Origin: a virus | Lineage: Duplodnaviria; Caudoviricetes | Virus record (IMG/VR): IMGVR_UViG_3300005253_000516 | Coordinates: 1-63,443 of that record | DNA: 63,443 bases | Strand: one strand, 5' to 3' | Shown here: positions 37,755 to 48,304 of the stretch, piece by piece | Numbering within the stretch: position 1 is the stretch's first letter | Layout of the letters: each line of letters begins with the position of its first letter | The notes under the pieces: model-generated | Database searches by the model: none | What the model was told of the DNA's origin: nothing | What the model saw: the letters and a program-made list of their open reading frames with translations, nothing else | Program-made: the position numbers and the translations under genes

Positions 37755-39304
37755 GTAGAGGTGTTACGGGAATTTTTGACGCATCTGGCGGCGCGCTGTT
37801 CACGCAGGTGGACGGTCCGCCAAGCGATTTGCAGTATCTTGGGTGCCACGATCTGGGTGATACCACCCAGCCGAAGGGCGACATCACGAGGCGGTTTTGC
37901 CCAGACCCTAACCGTCGCGGCCACTACCTGGTGTCTAGCCGCACGCAGGGTGCGGCGGGAGAGATCACCGGCGATATCAGCACGCCGCTGGGCAAGACGG
38001 CTGACTGGCTAGAAACACTAAACCGAACGAAATGCCGTTTTCCGCTGTATGTGCCGATGGCAGAATGCACGAGGCCGAACCAGTTCGTCCCGAACGAACG
38101 CGGCTACATCTATACGGATGTGGCCATCACAAACGTTACGCGCTCCAACAACGTCACGCGGAACGTCGATGGCGGCGCAGTTGAGGAGGCGGGCAAGACG
38201 TTTGCATGGTCCGCGGCGGACATCCTCGAGTGGCATGACACGGTGCTGACGCGGCGCACGACGGCCGAGGTAGAAGAGGCGCGCGACATCGTGTTTTGCA
38301 ACGAACAAGCGTGCCAGGGTATTTGTGGGCCAGCGGAAGCCGTATGCACGGACGGCGTAGTCGTTTATGACGCGATAAACCTTGGCATCGCGGAGGTACA
38401 GTATACAGCCGATGGCGGCATCACCTGGACGAATACCGCGGCGCAGCCGGCTATAGCCGATGAGGACTTGAGCTCTGTGGTCTGTATCCCGAGCGGTGTC
38501 GAGGGCATCACGCGGTGGCTGGTTTCTGTCGGGACCACGAACGCTGGTACTCCAGCGCAGATCTTCTACACAGACGATCTGGGCGCTAACTGGACGCTAG
38601 GAACCGCTGGCGCAGGTAACGCTGGGTTTATCCCCTGGAACGGCGGCCTCTTTGCCTGGGACCGGATGAATCTGTGGTGCTGCACTGACACCGGCGCTGG
38701 CGCGGCTGGCGATATCTTCAAGAGCACCGACGGCGGTGTGACGTGGGTATTGCAGCTCTCCACCGCGAGCGATGCCCTCAACTGCATCCGCTTTGCAAGC
38801 GCAGATGTAGGTCTTTGCGTTGGCGATACCAACGAGATCCAGTTCACCGACGATTCTGGCGCTCACTGGACCACGATCGTCGGCCCGGCGGCTCAGGCCG
38901 CTGTCGATGCGCTGACATGCGCGATCATCAACGAGAATAGTTGGTACGTCGGGTATGCTGACGGCGAGCTTTGGTACACCGCAGATGGTGGCGCCAACTG
39001 GAGCCAGCTCGCGCTGGGCATCCCTGCGGCAGGGCATACGATCACCGCTATCAACGACATGGGGCACGTCGGCGAGCACGTGATTTGGTTGGCCATCCAT
39101 GGCAATGACGGCGCGAATGAGGTCGGCTTTGTGGCCCGCTCAGTAACGGGCGGCGCAACCGGGCATTGGGAATACTCGCAGGCGCCGACTGACTTCGGGT
39201 CTGGCAACGGCTTCTCGGCCATCCATGTATGCGGCATCAATCAGGCGTTTGTGGCTGGTGGCGTCGAGACCACATCGTACATCGTGGAAGTCGCCGAGAC
39301 CTAA
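37751..39304 (+). CDS. Putative major tail protein with a C-terminal Asp-box (BNR) beta-propeller
   Basis: Position before chaperone and TMP; five T.D.G..W Asp-boxes. Confidence 0.65.
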   Translation: MSRGVTGIFDASGGALFTQVDGPPSDLQYLGCHDLGDTTQPKGDITRRFCPDPNRRGHYLVSSRTQGAAGEITGDISTPLGKTADWLETLNRTKCRFPLYVPMAECTRPNQFVPNERGYIYTDVAITNVTRSNNVTRNVDGGAVEEAGKTFAWSAADILEWHDTVLTRRTTAEVEEARDIVFCNEQACQGICGPAEAVCTDGVVVYDAINLGIAEVQYTADGGITWTNTAAQPAIADEDLSSVVCIPSGVEGITRWLVSVGTTNAGTPAQIFYTDDLGANWTLGTAGAGNAGFIPWNGGLFAWDRMNLWCCTDTGAGAAGDIFKSTDGGVTWVLQLSTASDALNCIRFASADVGLCVGDTNEIQFTDDSGAHWTTIVGPAAQAAVDALTCAIINENSWYVGYADGELWYTADGGANWSQLALGIPAAGHTITAINDMGHVGEHVIWLAIHGNDGANEVGFVARSVTGGATGHWEYSQAPTDFGSGNGFSAIHVCGINQAFVAGGVETTSYIVEVAET

Positions 39305-39323
39305 ACCGCATGAGAATCGCAAA

Positions 39324-39409
39324 ACGGGTTGCACTGTTTTGGCTAACGCGCGCTCGCCTTGGGGTATGCAACCCGTCCCCGTGGCGGGCGCGTTGTAGCG
39401 TAACACAGT
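39324..39409 (+). promoter_or_regulatory. A-B-A'-B' structured intergenic element before the tail chaperone
   Basis: ACGGGTTGCA (39324-33) is complementary to TGCAACCCGT (39367-76), the loop of the hairpin GCTA..GCTCGCC.GGGG / CCCC.GGCGGGC..TAGC. Confidence 0.7.
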
Positions 39410-39420
39410 AAGGGAGAGTC

Positions 39421-40119
39421 ATGATCGAAACATATACGACTGAAGACGGCTTGGTGCTCAAGCTCAAGCGGGTTACTCAAGTTCTGCTGAATGCCGTATC
39501 AGAACGCGTGAAGCAGGAATGGGCTAAGAATAATGAGCCAGTAGAAATTCCAACTTTCACAGTCGATGAAGGGAAGGCGGATGCGCAGAGATTCCAGCAT
39601 CGCGTCACGGAAAAGGGCAACACCCTTGATATCAAGGATGATCCCAAGCAGACGCGAATCAATCGTATCATGTGGGATGCACACAAAGACGCCTTGGAAC
39701 GGCTTGCTTCCGCGCAGCAAGAGGCGCAGGCACAAGCTATGTTTATGTTTGGGATCGTCTGCGACTTCCCGGAAGAGGGGGAATGGACTGCCCAACTGAA
39801 ATTCGCGGGGCTCGAAGTTCCTGAAGATCCTATAGAGAAACGGTTTGCGTACTTGTGGTACTACGCCCTCTCTGTCTACGACAAAAAGATGCTCATATCA
39901 ATCCTAGAGGTACTCAGCCTCGGCAAGATGGTCAAGCCGGAACAGATGTCACTCTTTCGTCGCCGGGCTGCAAGTGCAATGGACGGAATCGCGGAAGGGA
40001 TCTTCGACGAGGCTTTTGACGCCCTTGACGAAGCTGCCGATTCCCGCAGGGAGCTGGACGGTGAGCCTGAGCTTTCTGGAGGGGAGGACGGCGAAGGCGT
40101 GGAAGATACCGTGGGGTGA
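39421..40119 (+). CDS. Tail assembly chaperone
   Basis: Position directly upstream of the tape measure gene, with an overlapping second frame. Confidence 0.7.
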   Translation: MIETYTTEDGLVLKLKRVTQVLLNAVSERVKQEWAKNNEPVEIPTFTVDEGKADAQRFQHRVTEKGNTLDIKDDPKQTRINRIMWDAHKDALERLASAQQEAQAQAMFMFGIVCDFPEEGEWTAQLKFAGLEVPEDPIEKRFAYLWYYALSVYDKKMLISILEVLSLGKMVKPEQMSLFRRRAASAMDGIAEGIFDEAFDALDEAADSRRELDGEPELSGGEDGEGVEDTVG

Positions 40120-40228
40120 ATGGGAAGAAATGGACCCAAACGACAAAACTATGATGATGGCCGTTGACATAGCCGAGTCGAAGATGGAATCCTGGGAGAC
40201 GATAGTAGCCGAGAGGAACCGTAAGTAG
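39974..40228 (+). CDS. Tail assembly chaperone extension (likely reached by frameshift)
   Basis: +1 frame is open from CTC TTT CG (39952-59) to the TMP start; AKAWKIPWGEWEEM motif. Confidence 0.6.
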   Translation: MQWTESRKGSSTRLLTPLTKLPIPAGSWTVSLSFLEGRTAKAWKIPWGEWEEMDPNDKTMMMAVDIAESKMESWETIVAERNRK

Positions 40229-43200
40229 TGGCATTCCCGAGCATCGGTCTCGCCGCCATAATGGACGTGAAGGATTTTACCAAGGGCGAGCAGCTCTACA
40301 CGTCTGGCCTGGCCAATATGAACACGAAAACAGAGTCAACCGCCAAGCGCATCGCCCGCGCCCTGGGCAGCATCACAAAAGTCGCCCTCGGCGTTGGTGT
40401 TTCTGCGGGGGCGGCCCTAGTCGGATTAGGCGCTGTGTTCCTAAAGCTAGCGGCTGATGCGGCGCCTGTGCCTGCCATCGCTCAGTCGTTCGTTGCTCTC
40501 GGCGGATCCATCGAGGCCATGCGCAAGGGGAGCTTGGGCCTCATCACCGACGTCGAGCTGATGAAATCGTTCAACGTAGCTGCATCGCTCGTCTCGCGCG
40601 ACTTTGCCCAAAAGTTACCTGACGCAATGTTGGCTCTTGGCAAAGTCGCCGCGTCCACCGGGCAGGACATGGGGTTCCTGCTCAACTCCCTGACGACTGG
40701 CGTTGGGCGCCTCTCTCCGATGATCCTCGACAACCTGGCTATCCAGGTGAGCCTGACAGACGCCTACGAGGACTTTGCTTCCGCCAATGGCCTGGTCGCA
40801 ACAGAGCTCTCAAAGACAGAGCAGCAAGCCGCCTTGATGGCTCAGGTGATGGCAAAGCTAAACGCAAACACCGCCGATCTGCCAGACATCGCAGGAAACG
40901 CCTCGACGCAGCTCGGTTCTATGTCCGTTATGTTCAAGAATCTGAAAACGGATATGGGCGTGGCGTTTCTGCCCGTCCTGCAGGCGGTGCTAGAGCCATT
41001 GATTGCGTTGTCAAGATGGATATTGCCCTCAATTGTCTTTGAGGTTAAGCGCCTAGCTGCTTTCCTGCTGCGGACAGTCGTTCCCTCTTTCACTGCGGTG
41101 ATCAAAACGGCCATTCGTTTTTTATCAGTTTGGTTAGAAGGCCGCGGCTTCCTCGCCGCAACCACGGAGCTTTTGCGCCGCCTTATACCGGAAGAGACGA
41201 TAGCGAATGCTATGAGGCTGGCCAGCGCCATTGAAACGACCTTTGCGCGCATTCGGGTCGCCATCACATCCGCCATGGCGGTTATTCGGGCCGTGGTAAG
41301 CAATGTCGGCGGCCGTGTTAGCGCGGGCAGATCGTGGCTTGTTGACGCGCTGGGCCTGGCGCCAGACATGTTGCAGCAAATCAGAACGGCCTTCTCTTCC
41401 CTAGTAGCTAGGCTTCGGGCGGGCTTCGCCGAGGTAAAGCGCGTCGTGTTGGGCGTCTTCCAAGAGTTCAGCACGGGGGGGCTCCGCGGCGGATTCAAGA
41501 CAGCGCTAGCCAAGGTGCTGGAAGTTGCCCCGACGATTCTAGCGTTCCGTCAAAAGCTCATCACCAAACTGTTCGAGGTTGGGCGAACACTCCTCACGGC
41601 CCTGGGTGATATGTTTCCCTCTATCAAGCCGCTCATCGACGAGTTCCTGATTCCCATTCTCAACATCGGTGAACGCGTTGTGAGCACGTTTACACAGATG
41701 AAAACGGACGTCCGCCGCGTGCTGCTCTCTATGCTCGGGCTCGTCAAAGAGCCGCTGGAAGAGATCGGTCGCACGTTCATGTCGGTCATGGGCAATATCC
41801 TGCGCATCGTCGAAAGGGTCTGGCCCAGCGTATTGGCAACCATTCAGCGCGTCGTGCCTGCCGCGCTCACGATCATCTCGGGCATCATGCCTATCGTGCG
41901 CGCCGTGGGCAATGTGCTAGAGACCGTGCTGGGTGATGCGATACCGTTCGTGCTTGATCTGTTCGCAGAGATGGCAGAGTTCATCGCTGACAAGATGCCG
42001 CAGATTCAGCGCGTCATCACCAAGGCGCTGGATGTGATCAAGATAGTTTGGAGCGCGGTGTGGCCCATTCTGCAAAAAGTCGTTGGCGTGGCCTGGGGCG
42101 CGATTCAGAAGATGATCACGACAGTCATCAATGTCGTCGAGGGTGTCATCGACGTGTTCCTCTCGGCGCTGGAAGGCGACTGGGAAGCAACGTGGGACGG
42201 CGTCAAAGAGATCCTGGCCACGTGGGTAACGGACATCCTCGACCTGGTGGAAGGCGTTGTCAACGACATTGCCAAGGCATTGGGCGTCAAGAACTTTGAC
42301 ATCGGCAAGATAGTCAAAGAATGGATCGGGATTGGGAAAGACATGATCGACGGTTTGCTAAAGGGCGTGAATGATACGCTGGGCGGCATCAAGGGAATCT
42401 TTGACAAAGCGATTGGCCAGTTGCCCAAGTGGGCGCGGAATATCCTGGGTGCAACATCGCCCTCGCGCGTCTTTGCCGAGCTCGGCATCGATATGATGAT
42501 CGGCCTCGGCAAAGGCATCGACGAGGGCCAGGCCCAAGTGATCAAAAAACTCACCAAGGCCATCGGCAGGATCGTCAACGCATTCTCGCAGCTCCTAGAG
42601 ATACAGCGAGAGTTCGGCCTGGAGGGCGGCGGACTCCCGGACATAGGGAACTTCCTAGACCAATTCGAGGCGGCCATCGTCGCGGTGCTAGAGCGGCTGG
42701 ATTCGATCATCGAGCGCATTGGCGAGAAACGCATTAAAAAGATTCGCAAATCGGCGAAGCGGCTCCGCGAGATCCTAGACGCAGTGATGATCGACCTGTC
42801 GAAGATAGCCACGGCCACGTTGCCCGACCTAGGCCGGTGGCGCGACCAGGTCATCGACGTGACGCGTGCAGTGCTGGAGGTGCTTGGGCATCTGGCATTC
42901 GAGTTCGGCACGCAGGCCATAGAGGATGCGGCGGAGTGGGCCGGGGCGGTATCTGATCTGGTAAGCATCGTGGGCTCTGCTGTCGATGCACTGGCGGCCC
43001 TAACGGAGTTCAAGGCGGTAGCCAATCTGCCGAAACTCGCGGAAACATTCGCGAACCAACTCCTGACGATAGTAAGCAAGTTCACGCTTGTGCGCCAGCA
43101 ATACGGCATCACGTTCACGGATGACGTCAACGCGTGGTGGGCGAGCGCCAAGACAATCATCGACGTAGTTACGGGCGGCGTTCAGGCACTCGCTGCGATG

Positions 43201-45054
43201 ACTGAGCTCAAGATCGTCACGAACATGGGCCTGGTCGCCGGGATATTTGCGGACCAACTGCTGATGCTAGTACGGGAGTTCAAGCGCGCGAAGGACCGCT
43301 ACGGGCTCGAGTTCGCAGAGGACGCCTCCGATTGGTGGGCAAACGTCCAGTCGATCATCGGGATCATCTCGGGCGGAGTCGAGGCGCTGGCAGCCATGCT
43401 AGAACTCAAAATCGTCACCAATATGCAACTCGTAGCGGGGATATTCGCAGACCAACTCATCACCCTCGTGGATGAGTTCAAGAAGGTCAAGGATCGATTC
43501 AAGATCGACTTTGCGGAAGATGCCAGCGCATGGTGGTCCACGGCGCAGTCAGTTATCGGCATCGTCAAGCCGGGTATCGAGGCGCTGGCGAGCATGCTGG
43601 ACTTTGCACGCGTAGAAAACATAGCAGGCAAGGCCCGCGATTTCGCCGACGACTTGGCCTCTGTGGTTTCCGAGCTGGCGCGAGTCGCCATGGGGTTTGT
43701 CTCCGTTGGCGAAGATGGGGCGGTTAGCGGGCTAGAGGCCGCCGAGAGATTCGGAGCCGCCGCCGCGACCATCGTTGGCGCGGTAGGGCCTGGAATCTCT
43801 GCCTTGGCTGGGCTTATGGATTTCACGCAAGTTGAGGACATCGCAGCCAGGGCGCGCGACTTTGCAGACGACCTTGCCATAGTGGTTACGGAACTGGCCC
43901 GCGTGGCGACAACTTTCATAACTGTCGGAGAGGACGGTGCGCTCAGTGGCCTAGAAGCTGGCGAGCGGTTCGCAACTGCGGCAACAGCCATCGTAGGCAT
44001 GGTCGAGCCAGGCATCAAGGCCCTCGCGGCCCTCATGGGATTCACGAGGGTCCAGGGCATCGCTCAGAAAGCTGCCGACTTTGGGGCCGACCTGGCCATC
44101 GTCGTGCGAGAGCTCGCAGACGTCGCCAGCGAGTTCGTGGTCATCGGCGAGGATGGCTCGGCCAGTGGCCTAGAAGCAGCAGAGCGATTCGCATCGGCGG
44201 CGGGCAAGATCGTCGGGTTCATCGAGCCCGCAATCAAAGCCCTGGCAGCTCTGGGGACGCTCACCGCAACGGAGAATCTGACTGGTAAAATCGCCCTATT
44301 CCGGCGGCAGATCGGCGAGGTTTTGACCGCTATCCAGGCCATAGGGGAATCATTCGCGCGAGGTGGCGGCAGAGCGCAGTTCCCGGGCGCTGGACGTGGG
44401 GGCGACGCCCCAGGCACTAGCGGACTAGAAGCGGCAGAGCTGTTCGCAAGCGCAGTGGCTACTATCTCGACGGGAATCAAGGGCGCGATCGATCTGATTG
44501 ACGGATTCATGACGTACAAGGGCCGCGTGATAGCTGGCGGCCTCGCGACGTTCGCGCAGAACATGCTGCAGTTGCGGATACTCCTAATCGAGCAGGCCGA
44601 CGCAATGGAGACGGCAGTGCCAGCCGCACAACGATTCGGCGCTGCGCTAGCGATAATCAGCGCAGCTATCAAGGCGGGCTTGGATCTCTTGGTAGGACTC
44701 CCGACCGTCGGGACCGGATTGCTGGCAGGGCTGGGGGCGAGAATCCGTGACGCCCTTGCCGAGGTCACGGCGGCCTTTACGTCAGAGACCAGCTCGGCGG
44801 CGGCAGCGGCCTACGCCTATGGGTTCACGGTTGGCAGAGGCGCGAGCTTTGGATTCCGCGACGGCTTTGCTAGTATCCCCACACCGACGTTCACGGTTGG
44901 CGCTCCCGCTGGCGGAACCGGCGGTTCGGACACGCCCCCGCGGGGGGCGACAACCGTGAACATCACTATCTCAGGCACGACGATCAATAGCGGCATAGAC
45001 GCGGCTACATTCAACGCCAGTGTAACACAAGCAGTGAAGGAAGCCATACGGTGA
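40228..45054 (+). CDS. Tape measure protein
   Basis: 1608 aa, Ala-rich helical; TGVGRLSPMILDNL, Trp-spaced repeats, SPSRVF motif. Confidence 0.92.
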   Translation: MAFPSIGLAAIMDVKDFTKGEQLYTSGLANMNTKTESTAKRIARALGSITKVALGVGVSAGAALVGLGAVFLKLAADAAPVPAIAQSFVALGGSIEAMRKGSLGLITDVELMKSFNVAASLVSRDFAQKLPDAMLALGKVAASTGQDMGFLLNSLTTGVGRLSPMILDNLAIQVSLTDAYEDFASANGLVATELSKTEQQAALMAQVMAKLNANTADLPDIAGNASTQLGSMSVMFKNLKTDMGVAFLPVLQAVLEPLIALSRWILPSIVFEVKRLAAFLLRTVVPSFTAVIKTAIRFLSVWLEGRGFLAATTELLRRLIPEETIANAMRLASAIETTFARIRVAITSAMAVIRAVVSNVGGRVSAGRSWLVDALGLAPDMLQQIRTAFSSLVARLRAGFAEVKRVVLGVFQEFSTGGLRGGFKTALAKVLEVAPTILAFRQKLITKLFEVGRTLLTALGDMFPSIKPLIDEFLIPILNIGERVVSTFTQMKTDVRRVLLSMLGLVKEPLEEIGRTFMSVMGNILRIVERVWPSVLATIQRVVPAALTIISGIMPIVRAVGNVLETVLGDAIPFVLDLFAEMAEFIADKMPQIQRVITKALDVIKIVWSAVWPILQKVVGVAWGAIQKMITTVINVVEGVIDVFLSALEGDWEATWDGVKEILATWVTDILDLVEGVVNDIAKALGVKNFDIGKIVKEWIGIGKDMIDGLLKGVNDTLGGIKGIFDKAIGQLPKWARNILGATSPSRVFAELGIDMMIGLGKGIDEGQAQVIKKLTKAIGRIVNAFSQLLEIQREFGLEGGGLPDIGNFLDQFEAAIVAVLERLDSIIERIGEKRIKKIRKSAKRLREILDAVMIDLSKIATATLPDLGRWRDQVIDVTRAVLEVLGHLAFEFGTQAIEDAAEWAGAVSDLVSIVGSAVDALAALTEFKAVANLPKLAETFANQLLTIVSKFTLVRQQYGITFTDDVNAWWASAKTIIDVVTGGVQALAAMTELKIVTNMGLVAGIFADQLLMLVREFKRAKDRYGLEFAEDASDWWANVQSIIGIISGGVEALAAMLELKIVTNMQLVAGIFADQLITLVDEFKKVKDRFKIDFAEDASAWWSTAQSVIGIVKPGIEALASMLDFARVENIAGKARDFADDLASVVSELARVAMGFVSVGEDGAVSGLEAAERFGAAAATIVGAVGPGISALAGLMDFTQVEDIAARARDFADDLAIVVTELARVATTFITVGEDGALSGLEAGERFATAATAIVGMVEPGIKALAALMGFTRVQGIAQKAADFGADLAIVVRELADVASEFVVIGEDGSASGLEAAERFASAAGKIVGFIEPAIKALAALGTLTATENLTGKIALFRRQIGEVLTAIQAIGESFARGGGRAQFPGAGRGGDAPGTSGLEAAELFASAVATISTGIKGAIDLIDGFMTYKGRVIAGGLATFAQNMLQLRILLIEQADAMETAVPAAQRFGAALAIISAAIKAGLDLLVGLPTVGTGLLAGLGARIRDALAEVTAAFTSETSSAAAAAYAYGFTVGRGASFGFRDGFASIPTPTFTVGAPAGGTGGSDTPPRGATTVNITISGTTINSGIDAATFNASVTQAVKEAIR

Positions 45055-47105
45055 GTAACGCGATTCTGGCGATAACAGACGGTACGCTGCGCTATTCGCT
45101 CATCACGCGGCCCTGGCAGCTCGAGGACTGGATACCACAGGATCCACTTCTCAAAGGCGGCGGGATCCGCCGTGGGTCGCCGCTAAGTGACGGCACTCGC
45201 CTCATAGACTTTAGCTACGCCAACACGATCGACACGTTCATGCTCAAAGTTATGCACGGCGAGCAGGACGGCGCGATTCGGAATCTTCAGGATATGAAGC
45301 GGCTACTCGAAAAAGGACGCCGCTACTGGACGGACGATTGGGCGACTGAGCCCGTCTGGATCGAAGCGCGGGGCTCTGACGAAACCAATATCCGATATGC
45401 GATTATCAAAAACTGGTCGTTGCCGCAAGGGTCAAACCCATACGCGCAGCCGTTCTTCCCGCAACAGCAGGAAGCCGTGATGGAGGGCCTCGTTCTGACG
45501 CTGGAGCATGACTTCTGGCAGGCGGACGAGCCAGGGACGGGGACAGCCACGGAGATCTCGGCGCAGCAGGAATACGCCGCGGTCACTTATGGGCGCGGCC
45601 AAACGACCGCCGAAGAGGTCTATGTTGCCAACCGCCACAACGAGGCAAACATCACGCACATCTTCACCTGGACATCACCTGCCGGGCCGTTTGGTGGCAA
45701 CCTGATTGGCGCCGGCCTGCCATTCGACATCTTTGCAGGAGGTGCCGCCGGGCCAGCAAATGGCGACATCACGTACTTCGGGATCAATACGGCGCTTGCT
45801 GATTCGGGACCGTTCGCCAGTCTAGTATTCGACATTGGCTCAGCAGCAGCTTATGGGGCTGGGGATTCTGTTACATGGGAATACTGGAATGGGGCGTGGG
45901 TTGGGCTGACCATTGTTGACAATTCGACGGGACTGCCTTGCGCTGAAGACGCATCCTTCACAAGACCCTTCGTCAATTCCATCCATTGGGAGCAGCCTAG
46001 CGATTGGGCAACTGTAGCAGTGAATGCCATTACGGGCTATTGGGTGCGTTTGGTAATCACAGAAGCGACAGGCATCCTGAGAGCTCAACAGAGGAATCGA
46101 GATATATACTCCATCGTGTGGCCATTTGTAGAACTCGACGAAGCGGACGTTCTCGGAGATCTTCCAGCCCTGGTACGCATACGAGCGCAGGCCGTGAGTG
46201 AGTGTCGATATGATGCCACTAACATAGACGGCTATGTCAATCGCATCATGATCGGATTGCGTTCGCTAGCACGCGATGTTTCTGCGCCAGCATTCCGGTC
46301 CTTCGTCAATCTATCAGATGAGCAAAACCCGGCGACTGTGAGCATCAGCGTTCATGGGACCGCCGTTTTCGCTACGGATACTGAGACGCCAAGCGGCCGG
46401 AGAATCACATGGTCCCCAGCGGGAATAGAGGTCATGGCTGATAGAGCCCAGTGCAACTGGACGTCGCCGCGGTCCTGGTATGGGGAGTATCATCTGTTTG
46501 TGCGCTATCAGGTGACAAGTGGCAGCGACGGCGATTTGCGAATGAGAGCGATTACCAGCTTTTTCATCGGTGATCCGCAGTTTACCACCGATACGGTGGA
46601 TCTGACGGCCGGCACCGAATGGCACGTCGCAGATCTGGGCCGTATCACATTGCCGCCTGGAGGGCCTAGCAACATCTCGGAAGTAGCCAATATGACGCTG
46701 CATATCGAGGCGCAGAACACTGTTGCTGCGGCGCGTGTTTTGCATCTATACGATTTCATCCTCATGCCGGTTGACGAGTGGTTTGCTGACGTCCAGGAAA
46801 ACGTAACGCCGAGCACGCCCTTCGGGTTTCCCATTGATAATCTTCATCATCTGGACCTGGATCCATTATCAGAGCCGAAGAGACTAACCGCTCATGTTCA
46901 GGCAGGCATACTGCAGCGCGCCATATACATTCCGTACACAGCCGGGCTTCCGATTCTGCAAGCAAACGCTGATCAAAAGCTACACTTCTTTATGATGCGC
47001 AATCCCAGCAGAACCACGATCCCGCGCGTATCAGAACCCTACCTCGCGCTACGTGTTTGGCTGGAGAGGGTTGACCGCTATCAGTCTATGAGAGGCGCCA
47101 GGTGA
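45051..47105 (+). CDS. Distal tail/baseplate protein
   Basis: Immediately after TMP, 684 aa, beta-rich. Confidence 0.65.
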   Translation: MSNAILAITDGTLRYSLITRPWQLEDWIPQDPLLKGGGIRRGSPLSDGTRLIDFSYANTIDTFMLKVMHGEQDGAIRNLQDMKRLLEKGRRYWTDDWATEPVWIEARGSDETNIRYAIIKNWSLPQGSNPYAQPFFPQQQEAVMEGLVLTLEHDFWQADEPGTGTATEISAQQEYAAVTYGRGQTTAEEVYVANRHNEANITHIFTWTSPAGPFGGNLIGAGLPFDIFAGGAAGPANGDITYFGINTALADSGPFASLVFDIGSAAAYGAGDSVTWEYWNGAWVGLTIVDNSTGLPCAEDASFTRPFVNSIHWEQPSDWATVAVNAITGYWVRLVITEATGILRAQQRNRDIYSIVWPFVELDEADVLGDLPALVRIRAQAVSECRYDATNIDGYVNRIMIGLRSLARDVSAPAFRSFVNLSDEQNPATVSISVHGTAVFATDTETPSGRRITWSPAGIEVMADRAQCNWTSPRSWYGEYHLFVRYQVTSGSDGDLRMRAITSFFIGDPQFTTDTVDLTAGTEWHVADLGRITLPPGGPSNISEVANMTLHIEAQNTVAAARVLHLYDFILMPVDEWFADVQENVTPSTPFGFPIDNLHHLDLDPLSEPKRLTAHVQAGILQRAIYIPYTAGLPILQANADQKLHFFMMRNPSRTTIPRVSEPYLALRVWLERVDRYQSMRGAR

Positions 47106-48304
47106 CGACGCCGACCTTTCATCAAACGACTGGACTCTCTATCAATGTGTTCCAGCCTACTATTGCACTCACAGAAGCAACGGAGAACAGCGCTGTTTAT
47201 GTTCCCGAAGGAACGCTCTTTGAAACGCTGACAAATGTAATTTCCGCCTACGGCCACATCCTCACAGCAGTCGGCGGCTTTTGGGAAGCCAAGATCACGA
47301 TGCTGGGATCACAGCTCACCCTAGAGCGCTGGCTGCAACAGGGCCTCGGCAAGCACATCGTCGTCAAAGACGAGGGCGCGAATACAGTATGGGAGGGTTA
47401 TGTCGACAAAGTGACGATCAATGCAGCGGGGCTCTCTACCGTCGTGGGCGGCCTCCGTGACATGGCGAACCGGGCTAGCGTGATCTACTCTACAACAGAC
47501 ACAAGCGTCGATCCCCCGCAGGTAGGTATCCGGGATGAGACGCCAATCTCTGAGGATGCCGACAGCCAGCGACGCTATGGTATCCTAATGCAGGTGCTCA
47601 GCACTGGCGGCGTCACAGCAACAGCGGCGCTACAGATTCGGGACATGTACGTTGCGGAGAGATCCAAGCCGGCGATGACAAAGCAGCTCGATCTCTCGGG
47701 AACGTCTGGCCAGCAGAGCATCACGCTGGATTGCCTTGGGTATCATGCGTGGCTCAGCTACATCTTTCGGAGCACGACGACGGGCTTGCAGAATGCCTCT
47801 GCGAAGCTAGCGGCGGTGCTGGATGCTGATGTCAACTCGTTATTCTCCTCGGCGAATGCGAGCATCGCCACGAATACTGAGCAGGTCAAGGCATTCGAGA
47901 CGCGCAACGAAACGGCCTGGGCGCATGTGAAGGACATCGTGGGGCGCGGCGACGCGAGCGACGATAGGCAACTATTCGGCATCGGGCCGGGGCGCTTCGT
48001 GACATACGGGCCAGCGCCGACAGAGGTCGAGTACCATCAATACATCACGGGCGAGAGCCAACAGGTTACTACGGTCTATGGTGCGCCTGTAAAGCCCTGG
48101 CAGGTGAGGCCCGGCAAATGGCTACGCTTCCCCGATCTGTTGGCGGGGCATACGTTCCCGACGGACTTGAGGGATAGCCCGCGCAGCATGTTTATCGAGC
48201 GGGTGATTTACACGGCGCCCTACGGATTGCAACTAGAGGGAGGGCCGACCGATCGGATTCCACAGCTCATCGCAGGGATGGGGCTGTCAGGCATAGGAGG
48301 CTAA
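47102..48304 (+). CDS. Tail tip/hub protein
   Basis: VWEGYV, DADS..RYG, PWQVRPG motifs; position. Confidence 0.65.
   Translation: MTTPTFHQTTGLSINVFQPTIALTEATENSAVYVPEGTLFETLTNVISAYGHILTAVGGFWEAKITMLGSQLTLERWLQQGLGKHIVVKDEGANTVWEGYVDKVTINAAGLSTVVGGLRDMANRASVIYSTTDTSVDPPQVGIRDETPISEDADSQRRYGILMQVLSTGGVTATAALQIRDMYVAERSKPAMTKQLDLSGTSGQQSITLDCLGYHAWLSYIFRSTTTGLQNASAKLAAVLDADVNSLFSSANASIATNTEQVKAFETRNETAWAHVKDIVGRGDASDDRQLFGIGPGRFVTYGPAPTEVEYHQYITGESQQVTTVYGAPVKPWQVRPGKWLRFPDLLAGHTFPTDLRDSPRSMFIERVIYTAPYGLQLEGGPTDRIPQLIAGMGLSGIGG

Noticed and set aside
34012-44768. Long minus-strand ORFs opposite the repeat protein and tape measure gene
   Set aside because: Antisense shadows of GC-rich, Ala-rich coding sequence, with no RBS or motifs
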